Assembly: GCA_965206595.1 (NCBI GenBank)
Contig: OZ242214.1
Coordinates: forward strand, 3,776,001-3,840,000
Length of the DNA: 64,000 nt
Direction of reading: 5' to 3'
Source: Candidatus Latescibacterota bacterium
Lineage (GTDB): Bacteria > Latescibacterota > UBA2968 > UBA8231
The notes below the pieces were generated by a model. The model worked only from the letters and a program-made list of their open reading frames with translations. It was not told where the DNA came from and made no database searches. Positions 48,201 to 56,293 of the stretch are shown one piece after another. Both the position numbers and the translations under genes were made by a program. Numbering within the stretch: position 1 is the first letter of the stretch; every line of letters starts with the position of its first letter.

Positions 48201-48423
48201 TCGTGTAGGGCACCTCGTCGAACCGGCCCACGAAGGGTTGCTCGAACAGAATCCGCGACGGACCCAGCCCGACCCGCTCCGGTTCTTCCGCCGCCTCCTG
48301 GCCGCGTCCGGACCCGGGGACGAGGAGGAGGAATACCGCGCACAATGCGGCCCTTCCGGCAGCTGCGGACACTGGAGTTTTCGATTCCGCGTCGTTCACG
48401 GGTGCTGAGTCGTCTGTTGCCAC
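45271..48423 (-). CDS. Large predicted outer-membrane beta-protein, paralog 3 of an uncharacterised family
   Basis: Signal-like segment; IYGDEIRTSLTPLT..LNGLRVD, LVEDNDDNDRYPD, DGVFPGLDADNDGIPD, EPFLMYDVDP, RENDWEADLPYDPDLRG. The C-terminal region is made of amphipathic beta-strands. Confidence 0.7.
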   Translation of the reverse strand: MATDDSAPVNDAESKTPVSAAAGRAALCAVFLLLVPGSGRGQEAAEEPERVGLGPSRILFEQPFVGRFDEVPYTNYGFENYSRRPELSSNLRYHYNSMGDPLLYGTEAVTWVERRGLGVQRGYSAIGESGGHGQTGNAFERLFGHVIVGTDGTDAWQAKFIYGDEIRTSLTPLTMKLSNLNGLRVDAGTGKDSFSALFSTLPFSRNSGQGPSTAGDINARVPTMMLGAHYERKVGFLNFGGTFLNVHQYEPLMASKFESLQGRPGAVQTAPALIAIRILDDSPLDGRGGPVLHDVNVYVDGVLRPELEPFVVHLHKRGDDRQIYVQELLSNGNRKGLPPRPASNDYQTVNRGGAFSTYESYINYLATDVDVFYRGYEFPFFIDHLYYRDFKLHGPDHVVDEESGKTVHSEFAHELAEPSGDFLGMYTKEDLPQAFDGETYGILYIDLESVQQFITSVEVELVLANDYRLELSEIPIARSTEFLPPDSHQDRYRYAPFFRTVARAGGNPRDGVPKRVRVKVGVPTGLRLASANVYGVVKGFELNAEFARGSQFSMYPSGLPGPRVPQDAIAINALEREQTPGARHTISDNAYYVTLHRDFRRWDLRGELFSMGPLFTTEFRSFIAADEFNLSGTPIAYNNTILHRLVEDNDDNDRYPDSWYTNYFDKKQGQHDIDGVFPGLDADNDGIPDTNRNLNQQPDDLEPFLMYDVDPQVFEYGVDFNHNDFIDSRENDWEADLPYDPDLRGMHLYGKYKPLAGLSLALGLLDAEQIAGSVPSEVLYSRLDYNRQVPTIGRFFTELSLERIRDGVEDPLSVYSDRVLTQADIQATNFPGLARNINIVPFQEEPLEDPLNYKNSTLVRLFTEARWRTVPNLAMHNKVKVEVNHQHGGELWDGTGQESDRLSRWTMAHRIDYNWKIWDRLSLFSGFKIRYRKEWKRSLDLPVAHQRHLIPLMKLEYRLTTRTRFQLGVQGITSKFPYSVTDFAEPEESFEQRDTVLMMTNLSRYFGYIISTNAGVRLRTKKFDDPAADEFRGERFTAAFINAILGFEDD

Positions 48424-48432
48424 TCTGTGGTC

Positions 48433-51231
48433 CTAGAACGAAGGCCGCAGACCGGCGATCGCCCGGAGAAAGATGCGTGAGTAGTCAACGTCCTGATCCC
48501 TGCGCGAACGGTCGGAGAACCTTCGTGCCCGGCGCTCGAAACCGGCATTGATATTGAGTTGGTAACCGACATAGGATGAGGTGTTCGACACCATGGCTAC
48601 GTAGACCTCCGAATCGAAGTCGGATCCCGGAACAACCTCACTGCGGAAAGTGCTTTTGAGAAAGGGGAATCCCTGGGCGCCCAGCTTTACCGTGGTGCGG
48701 GTCGAGACGGGATATTCGAGGCGCAGAATCGGATAGAAATAGCGCTCGTGGATTTCGAGAACCCGCCGTTCGTCGTCTTCGAGGCGCTGCCGGAGCCATT
48801 TTACCTGTGGAATCACCCGCAGCTGTTTCCACGGACGCCACTCGTAGTCAGCCTTGACGACCACAGCGAGATCGGTGACCGCGTTGTCCGGCTGAATCGC
48901 CGTGCTCTGCTGGAAATTCCTGTCGTACTTGAAGCTCATTTCCAGGTTCAACTTCGGCACGCGGATGTAGCGAACCCGGGTGTAGGTGGTGTTCACCCAA
49001 CTGTCGCGCATCAACAGGGGATCCGGCAGGAGCACGGCGCCGCCCAGCGGGTTGAGCAGTTCCTCCTGCGTCAAGCGAACCAGGGGAACGATGTCGGGCT
49101 CGAAATAGATGGGATTGCGACCCACTCCGAATACGTCGTCCCTGATTTCGTCGCGCACCCGCTTCAACCGTTCCGCGGCGTAGATGTCGATGAGAAACGG
49201 TATGCGACGCTCGTATTCCCAGCGGCCGTACAGCATCTCGGCGCGAGTACCGGCGGAAGCGGCATTCGTTCTGTGGAAACCGACGGTTACGGCCATGCCC
49301 TTGCGCGGACGGAACACGCCGAACAGGTGTCCCCCCCGGCGGTCCGGATCGTAGGGCAGGTCCGCCTTCTGGTCGTCTTCGCGCACGTCGATGACGGCGT
49401 TGTTGTTCATGTCGTCGCCGTACTCGTAGGCGTCGGGACTGACCTCGTAGAGCAGAAAGGGCTCGAAGTAATCAGGCACCCTGTTGACGTTCTCGTTGAT
49501 ATCGGGGCGGCCGTTCTGATCGGCGTCCAGACCGGGGAAGATCCCGTCGGGATCCATGATGTAGCGGCCCCCGGTTATCACGTTTGTGGTCTTGCGCAGA
49601 AAGTAGACGTCCGGGTACTGGTCCTTGTCGTCGTTGTCGTCGACCGTGGGAAACTCGATCGTGTAGGTCCCGTCGGCGAGATTCGGGCCGATCCGGGTGG
49701 GCAGCCGCGGTTCGTGTATGTTTCGCGGATACGAAAACACCGCCAGGGAGCTCGCATACGAGTCGTCCTGCACCGAGAGGGTGGTCGAGTAGTTCTCGTC
49801 AATTCCGAAGACCTCCCCCCCAAGGCTGAACCGATCCCAATCCCGCCGGCCGACGACGAACCAGGCGGGGCTCTGGCTCCTGAACTGACCGCCGCTGGAA
49901 CCAGTGAGGGCCGGGTAGGCGCGATGGTCGAAATTCCTCACGTACTCCGCGTGGAGCAGGTACCCCTTCAAATCCAGATTTATGTGAACACTTGCAAGTG
50001 AGCGGGCCGTCTGGCGGCCGTAGCGCACCCGCACCCGGCGGTAATCGTCCAGGTCTGAAGGCCGGCCCTCCGCCCGGGCGGCGGTGTAGAAATACGTCGC
50101 CGGGTTGGTGGACAACCCGTTGAACACCTCGGACAGCTCGACCTTGTAATCTCCCGCCACATCCATGTCCACCTGGGCCCGGTCGACTACGAGCGAGTCC
50201 GGTCCCTCCATCACGAAAGCGGGCACCCTGAACCAGAACAGCAGGCTGCCCTTTTCCTCTGTCTCGAAATACCCCTGCGTCGTGGGCTCGACGTGTTCGG
50301 CGTTGATGTCCAGGCGGCCGGAACTGTCGGTGATGACCGGCGGTATGATCGTGCGGTCCGGGTGCGCGGTCACCGTGAGCGTCAGGGCGTCTGGGGAAAG
50401 TTTGTCGTACTGGCCACGGCTGTGCACGAGCTCACGGCCGTTGATCAGGACGGCGATGCGGCGCACCCGCACGCCGGCATTGTCGTCGGGATCCTGGTCG
50501 GCGACGCGCACCACGAGCCACTCGGGGGGGTGGATGGTAGCGGGCAAGCTGCCGGTGATACTGCTTTCGCCAATCTCCCGGAAGCTGTCCGTGCGGAACT
50601 GGTTGACCCAGCTGACACCGACGTCCAGCCTCGTCCACTGGGCCCGCAGGTCGCCGCCCAGCAGGTAGGTCGCCAGGCGCGGACGGGAGGTAGCGTACTG
50701 TCGGCCGTGAGCGCTCTGATCGGCGTTTCCGAAGGACTCGAAAATCGGACGGTCGACGCGCGATCCGACCAGGATCAGGGAAACCCTTTCTGATCGGGAG
50801 TCGAAGCGAATCCCGTTCATCGCCGCCAGATCAAGGGTCATGGGCGTGAACTTGGTGCGGATCCTGTCGCCGATCATCAAGCGCGTGCTGACCCCCTTGT
50901 AGCCGTCCTCGGCGATGACCAGCCGGTTCAGGTAGTCCTGGTACAACCTGGGTTTGCTGATGAGACTTCCGGGCTCGGGTGCGATCGAATGGAATTGCTG
51001 CAGCTCGAAGACATTGGTGCCGCTCATCACGAACTGCCCGAGGTTGTCGAACTGTGGCCTGCGATCCTTGCCGTAGAGAACCGTCTCGTAGGGCCAGTAG
51101 CCTTCGTAGGCGTAGTTGACGTAGGGCTCACCCGCGCGGTACAGCATTTGTGCTTCCAGGGCTTGGCTCCCGGGGCAGCCAAGCAACAGCGCGAGACAGA
51201 TGGCGGCGATGTGCCGCCGCTCCAGAAACAT
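48433..51231 (-). CDS. Large predicted outer-membrane beta-protein, paralog 2
   Basis: Signal peptide; MIGDRIRTKFTPMTL..MNGIRFD, VDDNDDKDQYPD, DGIFPGLDADQNGRPD, EPFLLYEVSP, REDDQKADLPYDPDRRG. Ends IFLRAIAGLRPSF. Confidence 0.7.
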   Translation of the reverse strand: MFLERRHIAAICLALLLGCPGSQALEAQMLYRAGEPYVNYAYEGYWPYETVLYGKDRRPQFDNLGQFVMSGTNVFELQQFHSIAPEPGSLISKPRLYQDYLNRLVIAEDGYKGVSTRLMIGDRIRTKFTPMTLDLAAMNGIRFDSRSERVSLILVGSRVDRPIFESFGNADQSAHGRQYATSRPRLATYLLGGDLRAQWTRLDVGVSWVNQFRTDSFREIGESSITGSLPATIHPPEWLVVRVADQDPDDNAGVRVRRIAVLINGRELVHSRGQYDKLSPDALTLTVTAHPDRTIIPPVITDSSGRLDINAEHVEPTTQGYFETEEKGSLLFWFRVPAFVMEGPDSLVVDRAQVDMDVAGDYKVELSEVFNGLSTNPATYFYTAARAEGRPSDLDDYRRVRVRYGRQTARSLASVHINLDLKGYLLHAEYVRNFDHRAYPALTGSSGGQFRSQSPAWFVVGRRDWDRFSLGGEVFGIDENYSTTLSVQDDSYASSLAVFSYPRNIHEPRLPTRIGPNLADGTYTIEFPTVDDNDDKDQYPDVYFLRKTTNVITGGRYIMDPDGIFPGLDADQNGRPDINENVNRVPDYFEPFLLYEVSPDAYEYGDDMNNNAVIDVREDDQKADLPYDPDRRGGHLFGVFRPRKGMAVTVGFHRTNAASAGTRAEMLYGRWEYERRIPFLIDIYAAERLKRVRDEIRDDVFGVGRNPIYFEPDIVPLVRLTQEELLNPLGGAVLLPDPLLMRDSWVNTTYTRVRYIRVPKLNLEMSFKYDRNFQQSTAIQPDNAVTDLAVVVKADYEWRPWKQLRVIPQVKWLRQRLEDDERRVLEIHERYFYPILRLEYPVSTRTTVKLGAQGFPFLKSTFRSEVVPGSDFDSEVYVAMVSNTSSYVGYQLNINAGFERRARRFSDRSRRDQDVDYSRIFLRAIAGLRPSF

Positions 51232-51233
51232 GG

Positions 51234-53933
51234 TCAGCCTATGAAGACCTTGAAGAAGTACTCCACGAATCCCACTGACGGCCGCTGCGATCCCGTGAAG
51301 CTGGTGGAGGTGCGGTAGCCCCCGAACAGAAGGGCGAGATCGTAGCCGCGGTGATTGCTCCTGTTCTGCAGAAACGCCGTGTACGTCCGGCGGCGGAAAT
51401 CCCGCTCGGGACTTGTCGGGTCGAGAGATTTCTCCGGCAGGAAGGGCAGACCTTGAACGCCGGTTTTCAGGTCCGTGTGCGGACCGATGCGGCAGTCGAT
51501 TCGCAGAACAGGGATGATCCAGCGCGTCTGCCGGTCGGGGATGGCCCGCTCGGGAAACTTGCTGCGCTGAAAAACATGCTTGAACTGCGGCAGGATGGTG
51601 AACCGCTTCAGGCGCCAGGTATAGTCGGCCATGTTGACCATGGCGAAGTGGGTGATGGTTCCCGGCGCCGCCGTCTTCGGATCGTCAAGGGACGGCCCCG
51701 TCAGATCGACATAGTTGAAGGAGACGACATTGCGAAAATTCAAGCCTTCGATGGTCTTCAGCTCGGTTTCGAAATGGGTCAGATTGTCGACGCTGTCCCG
51801 GCGCTGGAGCAGGTCCGGCTCCAACTCGTAGCGGCTCGAACGGGTCAGACCGGAGGGCAGCGTTTCCGTTTCGATGAACTGGTAGATGGTGTTGCGAATA
51901 TCGTCCTGCACCCACTTGATCCGGTGGTTAAGACGAATTTCACCCAGCTCTTCCCAAGTGCGCTCGTACCGACCTTCGAGATAACCGGCATCGTTGGACA
52001 AACCCAGAGCCGGCTGGCGGATGCGATAGGCCCCGAAACGCACCTTCGTGCGCGCCGTCGGCCTGACCGAGGCGAAGGCGTGCAGGCCGCGATGGTCAGC
52101 CGGATAGAGGTAATCCGGCAGATTGTCGTTTTCCCGCAGGTCGGCGATGCCGTTGTTGTTGAAATCGTCGCCGAACACCATTTCGGGCGGATCCACGTAG
52201 TATCCCAGAAACGGGGTAAATGCATTTCCGCCCACGTTCAGGTCGAGGATCCCGTCGTGGTTGAGGTCCAGCCCGGGAAAGACCCCGTAGCCTTCACCCG
52301 AAGAGCGCGTGAAAAAAGCAAGCGGATCCCCGTGTTCGGTCCAGTCGGGCCAGGCATCCAGATCGTCGTTGTCCTCGACTAGGGCGAAACGTTCGTAAAC
52401 CTTGCCGCCGACCGTGTGTCCGATAGCGGACCCGCGGAAGATCGAGAAATCGGTAGTGTAGTCAGCGGGGACATCGAACCACTCGATGCCGACGTCCGCT
52501 TGCGAACTGACTGGTCTAAGGAGGTTGAGGTAGAAAGTGGAACTGTCGCGATCGTGGCGGCCGCCGCCGGGTGAGGGCACCTTGAGAAACCGGGTGCTCC
52601 GGGCGAACTCCCCCTGGAGACGGCTTCCCAGGATTTTGGCTTCGAAGTCGAGCCCCAGTATTCCCAGCCCGGTTGGAAACCCGTAGCGGAAGGTGACGCG
52701 GCGGAGGTTGGAGTTGCTGCCTGGATTGCCGCTGGCCCGCAACGTGTTGTTCCAGTCGTAGAAGAGATCACCGTATTCGGTTCCGGAATCGAACAGCGGT
52801 ACCTGCATCCCTCCGACCACGTCGACGCTGTAGTCGTTGGCCAGAATGGCCTCGAAGCGAACGTCTTTCGTCGCTTCCGGAACCTCGTACTCGTAAAAGA
52901 TCACGTCGGTGCCGTTGGCTGCCAGGGGAGCGCTTCCCGAGGCCGGCGCCGCTTCCAGCGAGATCCGATCCAGCAAGATTGGAAAAAAACTTTCGTTGCT
53001 TGCGGCGACGGCTGCCGGCAACCAGGGTCCATTGCGCCGGATGTGCTCCACGTCTCCCGGACTCAACGGAATGGTGTTGCTGCGATCGAAAGTGATGGGG
53101 ATGTGCTCGAGGAGGCGCTCGATCCTTCCCACCCGGAGCTGCTCCACCGCCTCGCCGTCGGCAAACATCGTCACCCCGTAGATCGCCGCCCCCGGTGCCG
53201 TGTCGTGTGGCGCATCATCGGTAAAGAAGACGAACACCCGGCGCAGCCCGCCGTCCCGGACCACTCCCGGGACATCCCCCTTCAAGCCGTTGAGATTGGC
53301 ACTGGCCTCACCGTCGAAGCGGTGAGCGTTGACGTAGGTCGTTCCTATCCTGAGGAGGTCTCCGATCTGGCTCTCCCAGTGAGCGCCGAACAGGGTGGTA
53401 CCGAAAACTCGGCGCTGTTCGATAAACGCGTCGCTCGGCACATAGGAGCTGGGAGCTGTGAGCGGATCTCGCAGATGCGTGGCGATTACGCTGAATCTGC
53501 TTTTGCGCGAAGAGCCGTCCCAGCGGATCCCGTTGAAATTCGGGATGTTCAAGGTCATGGGAGTGAAGGTGGTGCGCAGGTGCTCACCGATTATCAGGCG
53601 GGTGGACCAGCGGCCGAACCCCTCGTCGGCGATGACGAGCTTCTGGAAGAAATTGTTATAGCCCCCGCTGCGCGCTTCGAAGCTGCCTATCCGGCCCGGG
53701 GCATTGCGGCGTACCTCGCTGAATTCCAGGATATCGACGCCATCGATCAGAAGGTCGCCGAAGATGTCGAAACGGCGGTTCTCCCCTTCGAAATCGTAGT
53801 CCCGGTAACCGTTGGCGCCGTAGTTCTCGAATACCTCGTTTGCCCACTGTGTGCGAAAGTCCCTGGACAGGAACTGGGCATCGGACGAGAAAGCTGACAG
53901 GAAAAGACAGAAAGACAGGCTGAGAAGACGCAT
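51234..53933 (-). CDS. Large predicted outer-membrane beta-protein, paralog 1
   Basis: Signal peptide; IIGEHLRTTFTPMTL..FNGIRWD, LVEDNDDLDAWPD, GVFPGLDLNHDGILD, PFLGYYVDP, RENDNLPDYLYPADHRG. Ends VEYFFKVFIG. Confidence 0.7.
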   Translation of the reverse strand: MRLLSLSFCLFLSAFSSDAQFLSRDFRTQWANEVFENYGANGYRDYDFEGENRRFDIFGDLLIDGVDILEFSEVRRNAPGRIGSFEARSGGYNNFFQKLVIADEGFGRWSTRLIIGEHLRTTFTPMTLNIPNFNGIRWDGSSRKSRFSVIATHLRDPLTAPSSYVPSDAFIEQRRVFGTTLFGAHWESQIGDLLRIGTTYVNAHRFDGEASANLNGLKGDVPGVVRDGGLRRVFVFFTDDAPHDTAPGAAIYGVTMFADGEAVEQLRVGRIERLLEHIPITFDRSNTIPLSPGDVEHIRRNGPWLPAAVAASNESFFPILLDRISLEAAPASGSAPLAANGTDVIFYEYEVPEATKDVRFEAILANDYSVDVVGGMQVPLFDSGTEYGDLFYDWNNTLRASGNPGSNSNLRRVTFRYGFPTGLGILGLDFEAKILGSRLQGEFARSTRFLKVPSPGGGRHDRDSSTFYLNLLRPVSSQADVGIEWFDVPADYTTDFSIFRGSAIGHTVGGKVYERFALVEDNDDLDAWPDWTEHGDPLAFFTRSSGEGYGVFPGLDLNHDGILDLNVGGNAFTPFLGYYVDPPEMVFGDDFNNNGIADLRENDNLPDYLYPADHRGLHAFASVRPTARTKVRFGAYRIRQPALGLSNDAGYLEGRYERTWEELGEIRLNHRIKWVQDDIRNTIYQFIETETLPSGLTRSSRYELEPDLLQRRDSVDNLTHFETELKTIEGLNFRNVVSFNYVDLTGPSLDDPKTAAPGTITHFAMVNMADYTWRLKRFTILPQFKHVFQRSKFPERAIPDRQTRWIIPVLRIDCRIGPHTDLKTGVQGLPFLPEKSLDPTSPERDFRRRTYTAFLQNRSNHRGYDLALLFGGYRTSTSFTGSQRPSVGFVEYFFKVFIG

Positions 53934-53942
53934 GGAGCCCGG

Positions 53943-56090
53943 CTAATACACCATGCCCACGACACCCGCAGCGGTTTCGGCATCGGGCTCGATATCCACG
54001 ACCAGACGGTACAGGTAGAGTCCCGGAGGAAGCAGCTCGCCGCCCTGATCGCGTCCGTCCCATGAGAAGGGAAGTCCGGTCCGTCCGCCCGGGCCTGGCA
54101 CATAGTAACCGGCATCCAGGCGCTGGTCGGGCAGGGTCCGGACCAGAGACCCGCCAAGATCATAGATCCCGACCTGCACCGGTGCGTCGGACACGCGGCC
54201 CAGAATGAATCCGAGGCTGAACCTGTCGTTGATCCCGTCATCGTTCGGCGAGAAGACCGCAGGGAAAGGGTGCACATCGCTGAGAATGGAGAGAGCGAAG
54301 CTCGTTGCCGCCGAGACCACCGAATAGGGCTCTCCCGTCAGCGGATCCACTCCTTCCCGCTGCTGTACGGAGAGAGGAGAGTTGGAGTCGGGTGCGTAGA
54401 GCAACCCCTGGAATTCATGACTGGCAGCAAGCAGCCGGGTCGTGAAGGGGATTTCGAGTTCCAGGCTGGCGCTGATCGGGGGATCGAAGGCGATAACCAG
54501 CGAGTCAGCCGTCGCGTAGGTGCCCGCGGCATCGATGCCGACCTCTCCGCTCACCGCCGGGATATCGAGCTGTGCCGGCCATGGCGTCAGGATGACGAGC
54601 CGTTGGACGCCGGCGTCGTCATCTCCGATTTCCAGGTCGAGGGAATAGGTGAACGTGGAATCGACCCCGATCGACACCAGCGACGGCGCGATCGAGGCCA
54701 AGGCGTCGGTTGCTGCCAGCGGTCCTCTGTTGTAGAAGAAAACAAGGCTGTCGAGCTGCGGACTCGCGAAAGGATCGGGTGTCCGCATGCGCAGTTGGAA
54801 CTGGAGAAAGCGCCGCGGTTCGGGTACGGTCAGGCGAGTCTCCGGATCCGGACTCCAGGCCGACCAACCGCTCCAGTTCTCCCCGTCGTCACCGCTGCGG
54901 AACTGGACTGCTATTTCAGCAGTGGCCGAAACGGAATCGAAGCGCACGGCTCGGTCATAATTTTTACGCTCGGGGACACCGAAATCCAATGGTGGAGACA
55001 GATAAGTCCCCCTCTCATCGAACCCGTTTCCGAAGACTTCCAGCTCCCCCACTCGCGGAGCGGCGTTGCGATTGGCGAATTCGGTGACCACCATGCGGAC
55101 ATAGCGCGCGATGATGGTCGCAAAATCGACGGCGGTCTCACGGAAGTCGGTGATCTGGTTCCGGGAGCCCACATCGAGGTAGCTCACGCCATCCTTGCTC
55201 ACCAGAACACTATAGCCGCGCAGCGAGTTGTCTTCGTAGCTTCCGGAGCTCCCCGGGGGCTGCGTTATCACCTTGACGCGGTTGATGGGAAACAGGCGCC
55301 CGAGGTCGACCTCGACCTCATCGAACAGCACCCTGCCCCCCTTTGCATAACTGACCGGGGAACCGATATCGCCGTCGATGAGCTTTAGGTCCTTCGAGAA
55401 CGTGTTGAAGGCGAGATTCTGTCCCTCAAAAGAACGCAGCCGCAGGCCGCCGCGACTGCCGTCGAGACCCCCGGGGAATCCCGCCACGGATCGCGCTCTG
55501 GTGAGATCGAGGTCGGCGAACTCGGCAAATCCGCCCGGGTCGAGGCTGCCGGCCTGGACCGAACGCCAAGTGACTGCCGCTTCCTTGCCGTCCACGTCTT
55601 CGCTATGACTGGACAGCTTGTTGAGCCGCAGCGTCATCCAGTCGGCGCCGTCTTCGTTGTCGAGAGCGAAGTCGGTCCAGAACCACGGTGTCAGGCGGTC
55701 GGTGGGAGAACTCGGCAGGAGTACGCCCTCGGCCTCCAGCACGACGAACATCCCATAGCCTCCGGAGGTCCCGTCGTGCTCGACGACCGCAGCGACCATG
55801 TTGGTACGCCTGTTGAACGGAACATCGTAGACCTCAACCGATCCGGGGTCGTCGTCCGTTCCAACCAGATCGCCGTTGAGATAGAGGCTGTAGCGATCCG
55901 CAGCGGCGATGCGGATGCGGCCATCGACAGCATCCGCGAATTCGGCGAAACCCAGGTAAAAGGTTGTGGTTGCCCACGTATCGACGGAAGCGCGTTCGAG
56001 GATCTGGGAGGAGGCCTGCGAAGCGATTGCCGCCACAAGCAAGGCACTCGGAAGGCGCCACCCGGCTCTATGTAGTGGTCCGGTTCCCAA
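53943..56090 (-). CDS. Secreted protein with lectin-like and discoidin (F5/8 type C, CBM32-like) domains and C-terminal FlgD-Ig/CHU_C-like domain
   Basis: Likely TTG start near 56090 before the signal peptide (WRLPSALLVAAIASQASSQ). Motifs IAAADRYSLYLNG, VEVDLG..PINRV...YSVLVSKDG...ARYVRM...ELEVFG and FSPNDDGIND...IYDLGGSLVRTL...WDGRDQGGELLPPGLYLY. Confidence 0.75.
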   Translation of the reverse strand: MGTGPLHRAGWRLPSALLVAAIASQASSQILERASVDTWATTTFYLGFAEFADAVDGRIRIAAADRYSLYLNGDLVGTDDDPGSVEVYDVPFNRRTNMVAAVVEHDGTSGGYGMFVVLEAEGVLLPSSPTDRLTPWFWTDFALDNEDGADWMTLRLNKLSSHSEDVDGKEAAVTWRSVQAGSLDPGGFAEFADLDLTRARSVAGFPGGLDGSRGGLRLRSFEGQNLAFNTFSKDLKLIDGDIGSPVSYAKGGRVLFDEVEVDLGRLFPINRVKVITQPPGSSGSYEDNSLRGYSVLVSKDGVSYLDVGSRNQITDFRETAVDFATIIARYVRMVVTEFANRNAAPRVGELEVFGNGFDERGTYLSPPLDFGVPERKNYDRAVRFDSVSATAEIAVQFRSGDDGENWSGWSAWSPDPETRLTVPEPRRFLQFQLRMRTPDPFASPQLDSLVFFYNRGPLAATDALASIAPSLVSIGVDSTFTYSLDLEIGDDDAGVQRLVILTPWPAQLDIPAVSGEVGIDAAGTYATADSLVIAFDPPISASLELEIPFTTRLLAASHEFQGLLYAPDSNSPLSVQQREGVDPLTGEPYSVVSAATSFALSILSDVHPFPAVFSPNDDGINDRFSLGFILGRVSDAPVQVGIYDLGGSLVRTLPDQRLDAGYYVPGPGGRTGLPFSWDGRDQGGELLPPGLYLYRLVVDIEPDAETAAGVVGMVY

Positions 56091-56239
56091 TTTGGCAACC
56101 CTTTGTTTTTTTCTGGCGTTAAGGCGGGAAACCGGGCCGTTCGTCGGGATCCGATTGTCCCCGCACGGGGGCGGACAGCTCCTCATACGCCGGTTCCTTT
56201 GTCGATTACCTACCGCAAGCACCTGGCGGAGCGCGCCAC

Positions 56240-56273
56240 AAAAAAGGTGCCACCGGGAACTACCGGTGGCACC
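56240..56273 (-). terminator. Intrinsic terminator after the first gene of the envelope operon
   Basis: Perfect 11-bp stem GGTGCCACCGG/CCGGTGGCACC with a 6-nt loop, followed on the minus strand by TTTTTT, 20 bp after the stop at 56294. Confidence 0.85.
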
Positions 56274-56293
56274 CCGAAACAACTGCAAGCTCC

